Part shown: positions 1-10,425 of the stretch, in pieces
How the letters are laid out: each line of letters opens with the position of its first letter
Position numbering within the stretch: the first letter of the stretch is position 1
NCBI GenBank assembly: GCA_963796285.1
Contig: CAWCKW010000012.1
Coordinates: 192,001-256,000, forward strand
Origin: Nitrospirota bacterium
GTDB lineage: Bacteria; Nitrospirota; UBA9217
Direction: 5' to 3'
DNA length: 64,000 nucleotides
Made by a program: the position numbers and the translations under genes
Notes under the pieces: generated by a model
What the model was told of the DNA's origin: nothing
Database searches by the model: none
What the model saw: the letters and a program-made list of their open reading frames with translations, nothing else

Positions 1-397
1 TCCCGAGGGGAACCTTTGCGATTACGAGGATGTCTGGGCAAGTGTGCGCACCGAGCTTCGGGCCGCGCTCAAGAGCGGGCGCAGGCTGCCTGAACCGGGC
101 ACCCCTGTTTCACCCCAATCGTTCCCCGCGGCGATCACGCCCACGGTGGCGTTCGACAACGAGACCTCGGAGATATTCACGATCATCGATATCACCGCCC
201 GCGATCGCGTTGGATTTCTGTACCAGGTGACAAAGACCCTCTATGAGTTGAACCTGGATATCGGCTCTGCCAAGATCGTGACCGAAGGATCGCGAATCAT
301 GGATTCTTTCTACGTAACAGATTTGTTCAGGGAGAAGATCGACGATGTTGGCCGGCTTGAGAAGATCAGGGAAACGCTGATGAAGGTGATCGGGTAG
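1..397 (+). CDS. glnD: C-terminal part of [protein-PII] uridylyltransferase (ACT domain); 5' end outside the window
   Basis: ORF 44..397 contains the GlnD terminal ACT motif V.FDN.TSE.FTIIDITARDRVGFLY.VT..L....L.I.SAKIVTEG.R.MDSFYV. Confidence 0.85.
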   Translation, partial: PEGNLCDYEDVWASVRTELRAALKSGRRLPEPGTPVSPQSFPAAITPTVAFDNETSEIFTIIDITARDRVGFLYQVTKTLYELNLDIGSAKIVTEGSRIMDSFYVTDLFREKIDDVGRLEKIRETLMKVIG

Positions 398-464
398 TAG
401 ACAGGTGACGGAAGTCGGGAGTCGGGATGCAGAGGACAGAAGACAGCACCTTTTCAGGCATTGT

Positions 465-3400
465 ATGAAAAAAACATTCATCGTCATATCGATCATTCTG
501 ATCGTCCTGCTTGCGGGAGCCGAGGGCTACTTGCAGAGTGATGCCTTTTCAAGGAAGATCAGACCCTTCGTGCTCGGGCCGCTAAAAGAATTGCTGGGTG
601 CGGATGCTGATATTGGATTGGTAAAAGCCCACTTTGTCCCGCCCTATCTCGAAGTGAGGGATATATCGATTCGTGACGCAGATGGGAAAGAGGCGGTTGC
701 CATCAGGAAAATAAATGCCTATATCAATCCGCTTCCTCTGCTTCTGAAAAAGATCCGGTTGCCATCGATCTCCATTCTTGAGCCGCGTATTTACGCGGAG
801 CGTGCAAAAGACGGTACGATCAATCTCGGTCCACTCATAGACAGGCTCAGAATGAATGCTGCTCGGAGGGAATCGGAAGGCGCATCCGGATTCAGCCTGC
901 TGCTGCGGGATATTTCGCTCAGCAAGGGCAGGATCGAGTATAAAGACGGGATAACTTCAATTCAGCTCTCAATGAGCGATCTGAATATGGCGGTCAAAGT
1001 TGACCTTTCGCAAGAACGGTTCACCACGAGCATCGGGAACTCTCTCATCAGGGTTTCGACTCCCGCTTATCCTGAGATTTCGGGCAAGTTCAAGGCAACA
1101 ATGGAATACGACCGGGGCAGGACCCATCTGCGGGTGGTTGAGCTGTCAACGGCAGATGCTACGATCACCCTGTCCGGAGAAGCAGGGCTGTTGCCGGATT
1201 CCCCCCTTGATCTCAAGATCACGGGCAGGTCGGGTCCGGAGGTTATCGATCGGTATCTCGGTTTTCTGAAACCGGTCAAGAAACAGAAGGCCTCTCGCTT
1301 CGAAGTGCAGGCAGTTGTCCGGGGGAAACTGTCCGAACCTGTCATCGAGGGGAGCCTCAAAGTGTCGGCCGTTCCGTTCAGAGAATACCTGCTTCAGGAT
1401 GGCGTATTGTCATTTACATTCCGGGACGGGAATTTCGCCGTCACCGGCAGGCACGCGAAACTCACGAAAGGTGATAAAAATTTCGTCATTGATTCCATCG
1501 ACGCAGACGTCGGTTATAGCAGGGGAGGTTTGGATATCCGGCGTCTGGATCTTCTCGCCGGGGACCTTGCGCTGCATGGTAACGGCCGTGCGGACCCGGA
1601 AACGGGCTTCGATTTCCTTCTGAGCGCCGCGTCATCGGGCAAGGGGCAGACGATCTTCTTTCTGACCGGACTGCCGCTCGAAGGCGCAGTGAGCGTGACC
1701 GGACATCTTATCGGCGCTTTGACCTCGCCCCGGTTCAACGGCAACCTCTCGGCAGGGCCCGTGACCGTGCGCGGCGTTCGCTTTAATGAAGTGGACGGCA
1801 GGCTTGAGTATGACAATAAGAAGATCCTGCTGTCGGCCGTGGACATAGCAGAGCAATCATCTCATTATATCTTTCATGGATCCGTGGACCTGAGCGGCAA
1901 AGAACCGGTGTATTCAGCGCGGCTCCAGGTCCTCAGGTCGGATGTCGTGAACATTGTGGCGTTGTTCTATCAACAACTGCCGCTCAAGCTTACCGCTGTC
2001 GGCGAGTTGACCTTTCAGGGGACTGCGCAGAATTATTCAGGGAACGGTTATCTCAAGCTTGATGCAGGCAGCGCATACGGAGAGTCCTTTGTCCGGGGCG
2101 CGATCACTGCGACACTTACCACCGGAAAGATAGCCTTCCCGCAGGTTGTGCTCTATAAGGGACAGGGAATGGTAAAGGCGACTGGATGGATCGGGTTTAA
2201 CGGGACCTACTCCGCTGATCTGGAAAGCAGGGGCATCGACCTATCCCATGTCGATCGGCTGAACGAATTGCTGTTCAGCGGGGAGGGCAAACTCGATATA
2301 CACTCCTCGGGAACCTTCTCCGCGCCTCTGGTCAGAGCTTCGCTTGATGTTGATGCGTTGTCATACAATCAGGTCGAGGTGGGCGAGGTGCATGCTGAGG
2401 CGCTGGTCCGTGACGGGGTGCTGTTGTTTAAAACCGGATCGACCGATGATCGCGCGAGCCTATCAATGCGCTGGACGCTTCATAAACCGTACCCATGGAC
2501 CGCGGATATCAAGGTCCGTTCAGAGGACATAAACCCTTCCCTCATACTCGGGAACAAAGGTCTGGCTGATCAGGTGAAAGTGATCGCCGAAGGTACGGCG
2601 ACTGCGCAGGGCCGCGGACTTGACCTGTCCGCGCTTTCAGGGGGGGTGGTTTTCAAACGGTTAAGTCTGATCATCGGCGATTATCGGATGGACAACGAGG
2701 CGGATGCAAAGCTCGCGTTTGAAGGCTCCAAACTTTCGTTTGCGGCTCTGCATTTCGTCGGTCCCGGCACCAGGTTCGATATCACGGGCTGGGTTCGACC
2801 ACTAGCGGACATGGATGTCGTTTTGAAAGGCACGGTGAATCTTTCGTTTTTGAAATTGCTGTACCGTGAGGTAGAGCACGCAGCTGGTGTTGCCGAAGTG
2901 AAGCTTGCTATCAAGGACGACTGGAAGAACCCTGACGTGACCGGAGAACTGCTGTTACGGAATGGAGAGGTCAAGATCAAGGACATTCCGCAGCGGTTCA
3001 CCGCGTTGAATAGCAAGATCGTCTTCGCGCAAGGCAGGGTCGTTACGGATTCATTGTCCGGGGAGATGGGAGGCGGCACGCTGAGCGCGTCGGGATGGGT
3101 GCAGCTTGCCGGTGCGTCACTCCGGCAGTTCTCCGCCAAAGCATCCGTTGAAAACGCGACAGTTCGTTACCCCGAAGGGCTCACCTCGACGCTTTCCGGA
3201 GAACTGTTTTATGACGGCGACGCCACCGAGCAGTACCTTTCCGGCGATATCACGATCAAGCGTGCGCGGTACGATAAACGGGTGGAGTGGAAAAGCATGC
3301 TGGTTGATATCAGCAGAGGACTGTACCAGAAAAGAAAGACCGAGGTGGGGTGGATCGGCGACACGCAGATCAACATGCGTTTCCATGGAACAGACGACAT

Positions 3401-4091
3401 CCTGTTTCAGAACAATCTTGCCAAGATGCCGCTTGACGTGGACGTGTTCCTGCGGGGCACGGTAAACCACCCGCAGTTTCTGGGCAGGATCGAGGCCCGG
3501 AAAGGGGTCGTCTATTTCCGCAGGAACGAATTCAAAATACTCCATGCATCCGTGGATTTCGTTGATCCCAACCGGATGAACCCCGTGCTGGATATCCAGG
3601 CGGAAACACAGGTTCGAGATTATCTGATCCAGCTTGCGGTCACCGGTACCGCCGATCGCGCCGTGGTGACGTTCATTTCGGAGCCATCGCTCACTGACTC
3701 CGATATCTTGGCGATGCTGGCACTGGGAAAAACCGGAGCAGAACTCAAAGGTAAGGAATCCGGTGTGGGGGTAGGCGAAGCTACGTCATTCGCCACCGGA
3801 CAATTTCAGGATGTTATTGAACGCAATGCCAGAAGTTTTACCGGGCTTGATCGTTTCCAGGTGGATCCATACATCAACAAAAGCGATACGTCCGTACCCC
3901 GGGTCACCGTGGGTAAGGAGCTTGTGCAGAACAAAATCTACGTTACGTACTCATCAAACGTAGGCGCCTCGGCGCCGGAGCAGCTCTTCAGGATCGAGTA
4001 TCTCCTGGACAGGCATTATTCCCTTGTAGGAGAACGGAACGAGGAGGGGAACAATGGGGCTGATATCAAGTATCGGTTTGAGTTTAAGTAA
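465..4091 (+). CDS. tamB: Translocation/assembly module TamB (AsmA-like, DUF490) protein
   Basis: About 1200 aa with an N-terminal membrane anchor (MKKTFIVISIILIVLLAG, ATG at 465), a long beta-rich body and a TamB-type C-terminus (P.LDI.AET...Y.I.L.VTG, VTVGK.L...IYVTY, GADIKYRFEF). Confidence 0.85.
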   Translation: MKKTFIVISIILIVLLAGAEGYLQSDAFSRKIRPFVLGPLKELLGADADIGLVKAHFVPPYLEVRDISIRDADGKEAVAIRKINAYINPLPLLLKKIRLPSISILEPRIYAERAKDGTINLGPLIDRLRMNAARRESEGASGFSLLLRDISLSKGRIEYKDGITSIQLSMSDLNMAVKVDLSQERFTTSIGNSLIRVSTPAYPEISGKFKATMEYDRGRTHLRVVELSTADATITLSGEAGLLPDSPLDLKITGRSGPEVIDRYLGFLKPVKKQKASRFEVQAVVRGKLSEPVIEGSLKVSAVPFREYLLQDGVLSFTFRDGNFAVTGRHAKLTKGDKNFVIDSIDADVGYSRGGLDIRRLDLLAGDLALHGNGRADPETGFDFLLSAASSGKGQTIFFLTGLPLEGAVSVTGHLIGALTSPRFNGNLSAGPVTVRGVRFNEVDGRLEYDNKKILLSAVDIAEQSSHYIFHGSVDLSGKEPVYSARLQVLRSDVVNIVALFYQQLPLKLTAVGELTFQGTAQNYSGNGYLKLDAGSAYGESFVRGAITATLTTGKIAFPQVVLYKGQGMVKATGWIGFNGTYSADLESRGIDLSHVDRLNELLFSGEGKLDIHSSGTFSAPLVRASLDVDALSYNQVEVGEVHAEALVRDGVLLFKTGSTDDRASLSMRWTLHKPYPWTADIKVRSEDINPSLILGNKGLADQVKVIAEGTATAQGRGLDLSALSGGVVFKRLSLIIGDYRMDNEADAKLAFEGSKLSFAALHFVGPGTRFDITGWVRPLADMDVVLKGTVNLSFLKLLYREVEHAAGVAEVKLAIKDDWKNPDVTGELLLRNGEVKIKDIPQRFTALNSKIVFAQGRVVTDSLSGEMGGGTLSASGWVQLAGASLRQFSAKASVENATVRYPEGLTSTLSGELFYDGDATEQYLSGDITIKRARYDKRVEWKSMLVDISRGLYQKRKTEVGWIGDTQINMRFHGTDDILFQNNLAKMPLDVDVFLRGTVNHPQFLGRIEARKGVVYFRRNEFKILHASVDFVDPNRMNPVLDIQAETQVRDYLIQLAVTGTADRAVVTFISEPSLTDSDILAMLALGKTGAELKGKESGVGVGEATSFATGQFQDVIERNARSFTGLDRFQVDPYINKSDTSVPRVTVGKELVQNKIYVTYSSNVGASAPEQLFRIEYLLDRHYSLVGERNEEGNNGADIKYRFEFK

Positions 4092-4205
4092 GGTGTAACG
4101 TTGGGAGGGTGATAAAGCAGGGAGGTGTGAAGGAAGAGAAGAGGCTCTGTTTCTTAGAACCGAGGCACACATTTTCGCACGTTATACGTTCGTGCCGTTG
4201 TTTTT

Positions 4206-6887
4206 TTAATGCGCTTCATCCCAGTTCTTGCCCACGCCCATATCCACCCTGATCGGGACCGAAAGCCTAAGTACTCCTTCCATTTCTTCTTTCACCAGCA
4301 TCTTTATTATGTCGATCTCCTGGTCCGGCACTTCGAATACCAGTTCATCGTGCACCTGGAGGATCATTTTTGTTTCGAGGTTCTCCCGTGCGAGCCGCTT
4401 CTGAATGTTGATCATGGCCAGCTTGATGAGGTCCGCGGCGGTCCCTTGAATGGGCGTATTGATCGCCATGCGCTCTCCGAAATTCCGCACTGCCACCGAT
4501 GATGATGCGAGCTCGGGGATAAAGCGGCGCCTGCCGAAGAGCGTCGAGACGTAGCCTTTCGTCTTCGCTTCCTCAATGGTGTGGTCTATGAACTCCCGCA
4601 CCCGCGGATAGCGAGCGAAATAATTGTCGATGTAACGTTTTGCCTCTGCATTCGATACACCGATGTCCTGTGCCAGGCCGAATGCCGATATGCCGTAGAT
4701 AATGCCGAAGTTGACTGCCTTGGCCTTGCGCCGCATTTCGGGCGTGATCTCTTCCGGAGTGAGCCCGAAGATCTCCGAGGCGGTCCGGGTGTGGACGTCT
4801 TCATCGCTCTGAAAGGTCTTGATCAGCGCGGAATCACCGCTCATATGGGCGAGGACCCGCAGTTCGATCTGGGAGTAATCAGCCGAAAGCAGGCTCGCCC
4901 CGCGTTCGGCGATGAACGCCTGTCTGATCTCCCGCCCCACCTCGGTACGTATGGGGATATTCTGGAGGTTCGGCTCACTGCTCGAAAGCCTGCCGGTTGC
5001 GGTCACGGTCTGGTTGAGCGAAGTGTGAAGCCGGCCGGTTTTCGGATTGATCATCAAGGGGAGCGCGTCGATATAGGTCGACTTGAGCTTTGCAAGCGTA
5101 CGGTATTTCAGGATCTCAGCCGGCAGGGGATGGACCGGCGCCAGCTCTTCAAGCACGTCCACATTGGTTGAGAACCCGGTCTTGGTCTTTTTGGTCGGCG
5201 TGAGCCCCAGTCTTACGAACAGGATATCCGCGAGCTGCTTGGGAGAATTGATGTTGAATTCCGTTCCAGCCAGTTCGTAGATGGTCTTCTCGATCCCCGC
5301 CATGTCGCTGCCCAGTTTCTTTGACATGAGCTTCAGGAAATCGGCGTTGATCTTCACCCCGCTGCGCGCCATGTCAACAAGGACCTCCATGAGCGGCATC
5401 TCCATGTCGAGAAAAAGCCCTTCGAGGTTCTGTTCCTTGAGCAGGGGGGCAAGCTTTTGTTTCAGCCTGAGCGTTATGTCCGCGTCTTCCCCGGAGTAGC
5501 GGGTCGCAGTCTGTACATCAACATCGGCAAAGCAGATCTGTTTTTTGCCGCATCCCGTGATCTCGGCATAGGTGGTGGTCTTGTAATTGAGGTATTCGAG
5601 CGCCAGTGCGTCCATGCCGTGGGAAGGCTTGGCCGGGTTCAGGAGATAGGAGGCGATCATGGTGTCGAAGGCGATGCCCTCCACCTTGAGTCCATAATGC
5701 CCGAGCACCAGCAGGTCGTATTTGATGTTCTGCCCGATCTTCCTGATCGCAGGATTTTCCAGGATCGGCTTGAGCGCGCCCAGCACGAGGTCGAGGCTGA
5801 GCTGTTTCGGCGCACCGGGGCAGTTGTGGCCGACCGGGACGTAATATGCCTGGTGGGGCTGCAGCGCAAACGAGAGCCCCACCAGTTCAGCCTGCATGGG
5901 ATCGAGCGACGTGGTTTCTGTGTCAAAACAGAATTCATCAGATGACGAGAGCGCGCTGACCAGGTCCTGAAAGGCCTGTTCCTCGAGCACCGTGTGATAC
6001 TCCGCCTCCACATCCGGTTCCTGGGTGACGTGCTTGAGCAGGGCGGTGAATTCGAGCTCCTTGAAGATCTTGAGCAGAGCAGGGCTGTCAGGGGCCTTGA
6101 GTTTCAGGTCGTCATAGTTGATCTCGATCGGCACATCGATATGAAGGATCGCGAGCTCGCGGCTCAGGCGCGCGAGGTCCGCGTTTTCAATGAGGGATCG
6201 TTTTAATTTTGGCTTGGTGATCTCGTGCGTGTGGGCGAGCAGGTTGTCAATGGTTGTGTACTGTCTGATCAGCACCTGCGCTGTCTTCTCGCCGATGCCG
6301 GGCACGCCGGGGATATTGTCCGCCGCGTCTCCCATGAGGCCCATGATCTCAACCACGCGGTCAGGCGGCACGCTGAATCGTTCTTCCACGTCCGCGGCCC
6401 CATAGACCTTTTCCTTGAGCGTGTCGTAGACCTTGATATGCGGTCCCACGAGCTGGAGGATGTCCTTGTCTCCTGTCACGATCGTGATGTCCATGCCGCG
6501 CGCCTCCGCCTGGCGGGCGAGCGTGGCGATAACATCATCAGCCTCCTGACCTTCTATCACAAATACCGGGATGCGGAACGCTTCCACCAGTTTGTGGATG
6601 TAGGAGATCTGGGGGACGAGGTCCTTCGGCATGGGAGGCCGGTGGGACTTGTATTCCTTGTATTCACCGTGTCTGCGGGTCGGACCCTTGGGATCGAAAA
6701 CAATGGCGAGCAGGGCCGGTGCTTTGTCCTTAATGACCTTCAGCAGCATGTTGGTGAAGCCGAAGACGGCATTCGTCGGCAGGCCGGAAGAGGTGCTGAG
6801 ACCTCGTATTGCATAAAATGCGCGGTAAATGTACGAATTACCATCGATAATATAGAACGTGTCTTTAGAATTTTTGCTGATGCTCAT
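4206..6887 (-). CDS. polA: DNA polymerase I
   Basis: 5'-3' exonuclease IIDGNSYIYRAFYA, 3'-5' exonuclease DTET, polymerase motifs ADYSQIELR, AKAVNFGIIYG and LQVHDEL. Confidence 0.99.
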   Translation of the reverse strand: MSISKNSKDTFYIIDGNSYIYRAFYAIRGLSTSSGLPTNAVFGFTNMLLKVIKDKAPALLAIVFDPKGPTRRHGEYKEYKSHRPPMPKDLVPQISYIHKLVEAFRIPVFVIEGQEADDVIATLARQAEARGMDITIVTGDKDILQLVGPHIKVYDTLKEKVYGAADVEERFSVPPDRVVEIMGLMGDAADNIPGVPGIGEKTAQVLIRQYTTIDNLLAHTHEITKPKLKRSLIENADLARLSRELAILHIDVPIEINYDDLKLKAPDSPALLKIFKELEFTALLKHVTQEPDVEAEYHTVLEEQAFQDLVSALSSSDEFCFDTETTSLDPMQAELVGLSFALQPHQAYYVPVGHNCPGAPKQLSLDLVLGALKPILENPAIRKIGQNIKYDLLVLGHYGLKVEGIAFDTMIASYLLNPAKPSHGMDALALEYLNYKTTTYAEITGCGKKQICFADVDVQTATRYSGEDADITLRLKQKLAPLLKEQNLEGLFLDMEMPLMEVLVDMARSGVKINADFLKLMSKKLGSDMAGIEKTIYELAGTEFNINSPKQLADILFVRLGLTPTKKTKTGFSTNVDVLEELAPVHPLPAEILKYRTLAKLKSTYIDALPLMINPKTGRLHTSLNQTVTATGRLSSSEPNLQNIPIRTEVGREIRQAFIAERGASLLSADYSQIELRVLAHMSGDSALIKTFQSDEDVHTRTASEIFGLTPEEITPEMRRKAKAVNFGIIYGISAFGLAQDIGVSNAEAKRYIDNYFARYPRVREFIDHTIEEAKTKGYVSTLFGRRRFIPELASSSVAVRNFGERMAINTPIQGTAADLIKLAMINIQKRLARENLETKMILQVHDELVFEVPDQEIDIIKMLVKEEMEGVLRLSVPIRVDMGVGKNWDEAH

Positions 6888-7132
6888 GGCAAGAGAGTAT
6901 AGCGTACCTGCTCAAGAAAGACAATGGGAGAATAGTGTTGAGGCTCATCTGCAACACGATAATGATGCTGACTACTTAGGACTATCAGCAGCCGCAGACG
7001 GTTTCGCCGCACACGGCAAGGCGTTCTTGGGAAATAGGGATTACGGTTGTTGAAATTAACCAGTGTTCATCTGTCACGCCAATGGAGTGATCCGTCATTC
7101 ACTGGAGATAACAGCATTGGCGAAAGATTTTC

Positions 7133-7161
7133 TTGACGCCAAAGAGATAATGTTGTATAAA
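7133..7161 (+). promoter_or_regulatory. Sigma70-type promoter for tRNA-Thr
   Basis: TTGACG-17 nt-TATAAA about 50 nt upstream of the tRNA. Confidence 0.65.
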
Positions 7162-7209
7162 CTACCGTCAATTCAGTTTGTTTTAACCTGCTTAGTTACC
7201 CTCTCTCAG

Positions 7210-7285
<76 letters not shown>

Positions 7286-7692
7286 CATTCTCAAAAACGT
7301 GTACCATCTCACGAAGTATTTCAATAACCGCTTGCCTGACAGATTCGGTGGATAACTAAAAATGATCAGGACTCTCCGTATGGGAGATCGAGTAAACCGG
7401 GATCGACACTTGACATAACGGTTTTCTTCCCGAGAATCAAGAAAAGCGGACAGACATATCTCGAGATGACGAACGGTTTCAACGTGTCCAACAGCAGCGT
7501 TTCATGGACTGAACGAGACATGACTTGCGCAGCGCTCCAAGGCAAGGCTGAGTGGCTGAACAACGTAGATGGGCATGGGTGACGACGCCACGGAATCAGG
7601 GGAAGAGCTGAATTACTTATTCAGAGGTACGAGATACAGAATCAAGAACTGAATATTGGAGACTTACATAAACTCGGCTTTATCACGTTTTC

Positions 7693-7726
7693 CTAACCCC
7701 TCCCATTTTTACTCGGGAGGGGTTAG
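7693..7726. terminator. Hairpin, probable intrinsic terminator for the minus-strand 8761-7780 genes
   Basis: Perfect 12-bp inverted repeat CTAACCCCTCCC / GGGAGGGGTTAG. Confidence 0.6.
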
Positions 7727-7779
7727 TGTTAAAAAAATGGTACTGATTTTCGCTTTCTCTAACAACCCCGCGCCCGTCA

Positions 7780-8346
7780 CTAGTCCGAAGGGGGCGGCGG
7801 TGGCATAGGCTGCGAAGGCGCCAAGTAGGGCTCCGAAGACTCCTGCTGTTCGTACTCATAGTCCGGGGGAGGGGGCGGAGGCGGCATTGTTCTCCGAATG
7901 CGACGACTCCCCGGGATCACATTCCCTTTGGCATACATACACTGCTGATAGGAGATGTCGTATCGGCGCTGCGCTTCCCAACCGTAAACCTGGCCGGCGC
8001 TTGCACCTGACGACGCACCAACAGCAAGTCCGCTCGCGGCACCGATTGCCGCGCCGGCTCCCGCTCTCCCTGAGGCGGCTCCTACGGCGGCACCAAGTCC
8101 TGCGCCCACAGCCGTGCCAACAGCGGCCCCGGTAACGGCATTCTGATTGATCGCTTCCTGCGGGCTCATTCCTATCTGCTGTCTGGCCCATTGTCTGCAA
8201 AGAGCATCATCTGATTGGAATTGCTCTAGGGATTTTCCGTGAGCCGGTAATACCATTACGCTCGGCCCCGTGGGGAGAGTCACACATCCGCCAAGCACAA
8301 CAACCACCACCATCAACAACAATATATATCGTTTGTGCATTGTCAT
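7780..8346 (-). CDS. Glycine-zipper lipoprotein with Pro-rich tail
   Basis: Lipobox LGGC, GAAVGTAVGAGLGAAVGA glycine zipper, QRRYD..Y.QCMYAKG motif, poly-Pro C-terminus. Confidence 0.85.
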   Translation of the reverse strand: MTMHKRYILLLMVVVVVLGGCVTLPTGPSVMVLPAHGKSLEQFQSDDALCRQWARQQIGMSPQEAINQNAVTGAAVGTAVGAGLGAAVGAASGRAGAGAAIGAASGLAVGASSGASAGQVYGWEAQRRYDISYQQCMYAKGNVIPGSRRIRRTMPPPPPPPDYEYEQQESSEPYLAPSQPMPPPPPSD

Positions 8347-8350
8347 GTCT

Positions 8351-8761
8351 TCATTCTCCTCCCTTGGGTTGTGCTGGAGCCGGGGTTGGCGTCGGATTCA
8401 GAGTAGGAACAACCTTCATCCAGCCTTTTGGACATTGCTTTACATACGGATAGTAGGTTTTGGATTCCGCGCAGTAATACCAGTAATACTGTTCCTCCGG
8501 CTGCTGGGTCTGCTGTTCATATACCGGAGGCTGTTGCTCGATTACGATTGGTTGTCGCGGATAGTCATAGAACGGATAAGCAAGAGGACCCCACCACCAC
8601 GGGCCCCATCCTGGGCCCCATCCTGGTCCTGGACCGAACCAGACGCCTCCCCTTACCGGCGGAGGCCCGGGCCTGAATGCGTATACGGGCACAACGCTTG
8701 CAAAAAGCACGACAAAAATCATTACAGAGATAGCAAGAACCATATATATGGGCCTTTTCAT
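8351..8761 (-). CDS. Secreted Pro/Trp/Tyr-rich hypothetical protein
   Basis: RBS AGGAGA before ATG at 8761, signal peptide, GPGW repeats and YWYYC...YYPYV..CP.GW motif. Confidence 0.8.
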   Translation of the reverse strand: MKRPIYMVLAISVMIFVVLFASVVPVYAFRPGPPPVRGGVWFGPGPGWGPGWGPWWWGPLAYPFYDYPRQPIVIEQQPPVYEQQTQQPEEQYYWYYCAESKTYYPYVKQCPKGWMKVVPTLNPTPTPAPAQPKGGE

Positions 8762-9370
8762 GATATTTCTCCTTTCTCTCAACAAATGCGGAATACATCG
8801 CGCCGACAAACCATCTGAGGTTATCATCCGTTTTATAACTAATCTCCCTTGCTCTATTATGACACATTTCACTATAAATGGTTTAACGAAAATTTACGAA
8901 TGATACTCACTTGAACTCGTCAATTTCAAAATTAATATGCAGCTATAGAACAATAATTGTGGAGAAAAGAATTTGTTTTTTTTATTAATATGAATGATAC
9001 TATATACTTAATACATTCCTAAGGAGAAAAGAGTATAACGTGAAAAATGAAGGCTGTAACAAAGAACTTCAAAATATGCAGTTGTCGTGAAATCAAATAT
9101 CCTGGAAAGAGCATTTAGCCATAGAACGCAAAGATCAACGATAAAAACAAAAATTGGTGAGCATTTCACAAGCAGTTCTATATGTTATTCTTTGCGCTCT
9201 TGGTATCTTTGCGTGAAAAACTGCCGTTTTTTTTAGGAATATTAAATTCCTGATCAGCAGGTCAGTGGAACGTCCACTTTTATTCCTGCCCAACTGTATT
9301 TTTATAAATGACATCCATTCGTCCCATAGTCGGCAAGCACGAAAAAACAAATATTAACAAAAAGAAAAGG

Positions 9371-9399
9371 TTGACATCCCAAATAATTATGTTTATATT
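9371..9399 (+). promoter_or_regulatory. Sigma70-type promoter of the pgsA operon
   Basis: TTGACA-17 nt-TATATT with AT-rich upstream DNA. Confidence 0.7.
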
Positions 9400-9431
9400 T
9401 ATAGTTATTGAGCGTACACAATAGGGTGCCG

Positions 9432-9956
9432 ATGAACATTCCGAACTATATCACGCTTGTCAGGATAGTCCTCATCCCTTTTTTTATTAACTCGATGATT
9501 TATGGCTACTACCGGTTAGCACTCGCAATTTTCGTTGCTGCTTGCGTTACCGATGCGCTCGACGGACTGATCGCGCGAGTTACAAACTCCATAACAGAAC
9601 TGGGCGCACTCCTGGACCCGATAGCGGACAAACTGCTCATCCTCTCCTCGTTCGTCACTCTGGTACTGCTCGGGATGCTGCCGGTATGGCTCGTCATTAT
9701 TGTGGTGAGCAGGGACGTGATCCTGGTCCTCGGCGGTCTCGTAATTTATTTTCTTGGGCATGAGGTGCGGGCTCGGCCTTCTTTCATCGGTAAGGCCACG
9801 ACGGTATTGCAACTGCTCGTGGTGACTCTTTCGCTGGTATTGAAGGCGTTTGGCATCGATATGGCGTGGATGCAGGTGCTGTATTGGACAACGGCAGTCT
9901 TCACACTGGTTTCCGGTATCCAGTATGTTGTGCGTGGAACCAAAATCGTCGGCTGA
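9432..9956 (+). CDS. pgsA: CDP-alcohol phosphatidyltransferase (PgsA-like)
   Basis: MNIPNYITLVRI start and the signature D.LDG.IAR......LGALLDPIADK. Confidence 0.88.
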   Translation: MNIPNYITLVRIVLIPFFINSMIYGYYRLALAIFVAACVTDALDGLIARVTNSITELGALLDPIADKLLILSSFVTLVLLGMLPVWLVIIVVSRDVILVLGGLVIYFLGHEVRARPSFIGKATTVLQLLVVTLSLVLKAFGIDMAWMQVLYWTTAVFTLVSGIQYVVRGTKIVG

Positions 9957-9990
9957 CATTTAAATTGATACGTTTAACACGGAGGGCGCA

Positions 9991-10425
9991 ATGAAGATAT
10001 CCGAAATAATTAGGCAGGCACTGGAAAAGAAAGGTTTTAAAAATCTTAAAGATGCCTCGAAGGTCCTCGGCATCAGCCCCGAGCTTCTGCGGGTCACGAT
10101 CAATAAAGGGCACATTCCGAAGGATTCGACTCTCATCGTGATCGCGAATAAACTGGGTCTGGACAAGTCCATGCTCATACTGGGCGCCCACCAGGAAAAA
10201 GTTCCGGACGAGGTCAAGGGTTTTTTCCTTTCTCCTTCGCAGGCAAAGGGCAGGCGGGGGAAGCGTAAATATCCCCTCTCCGAAGAACAGACCAATTACC
10301 TGGAAAAAATCCTGACGACTGACGAGATCATGATGTTGCGGAAATTCCGGCAGGTTTCCGAAGAAGGCCTTGTGCAGATCGCCGGGTATATAGATTTCAT
10401 GTACGCCTCCAAGAAGAGATCCTGA
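9991..10425 (+). CDS. Putative XRE-like helix-turn-helix protein
   Basis: RBS GGAGG; N-terminal LKDASKVLGISPELLRVTINKGHIP..STL..IANKLGL resembles an HTH_3 fold. Confidence 0.65.
   Translation: MKISEIIRQALEKKGFKNLKDASKVLGISPELLRVTINKGHIPKDSTLIVIANKLGLDKSMLILGAHQEKVPDEVKGFFLSPSQAKGRRGKRKYPLSEEQTNYLEKILTTDEIMMLRKFRQVSEEGLVQIAGYIDFMYASKKRS

Noticed and set aside
7350-7600. Short ORFs on both strands after the tRNA
   Set aside because: No RBS or recognisable motif.
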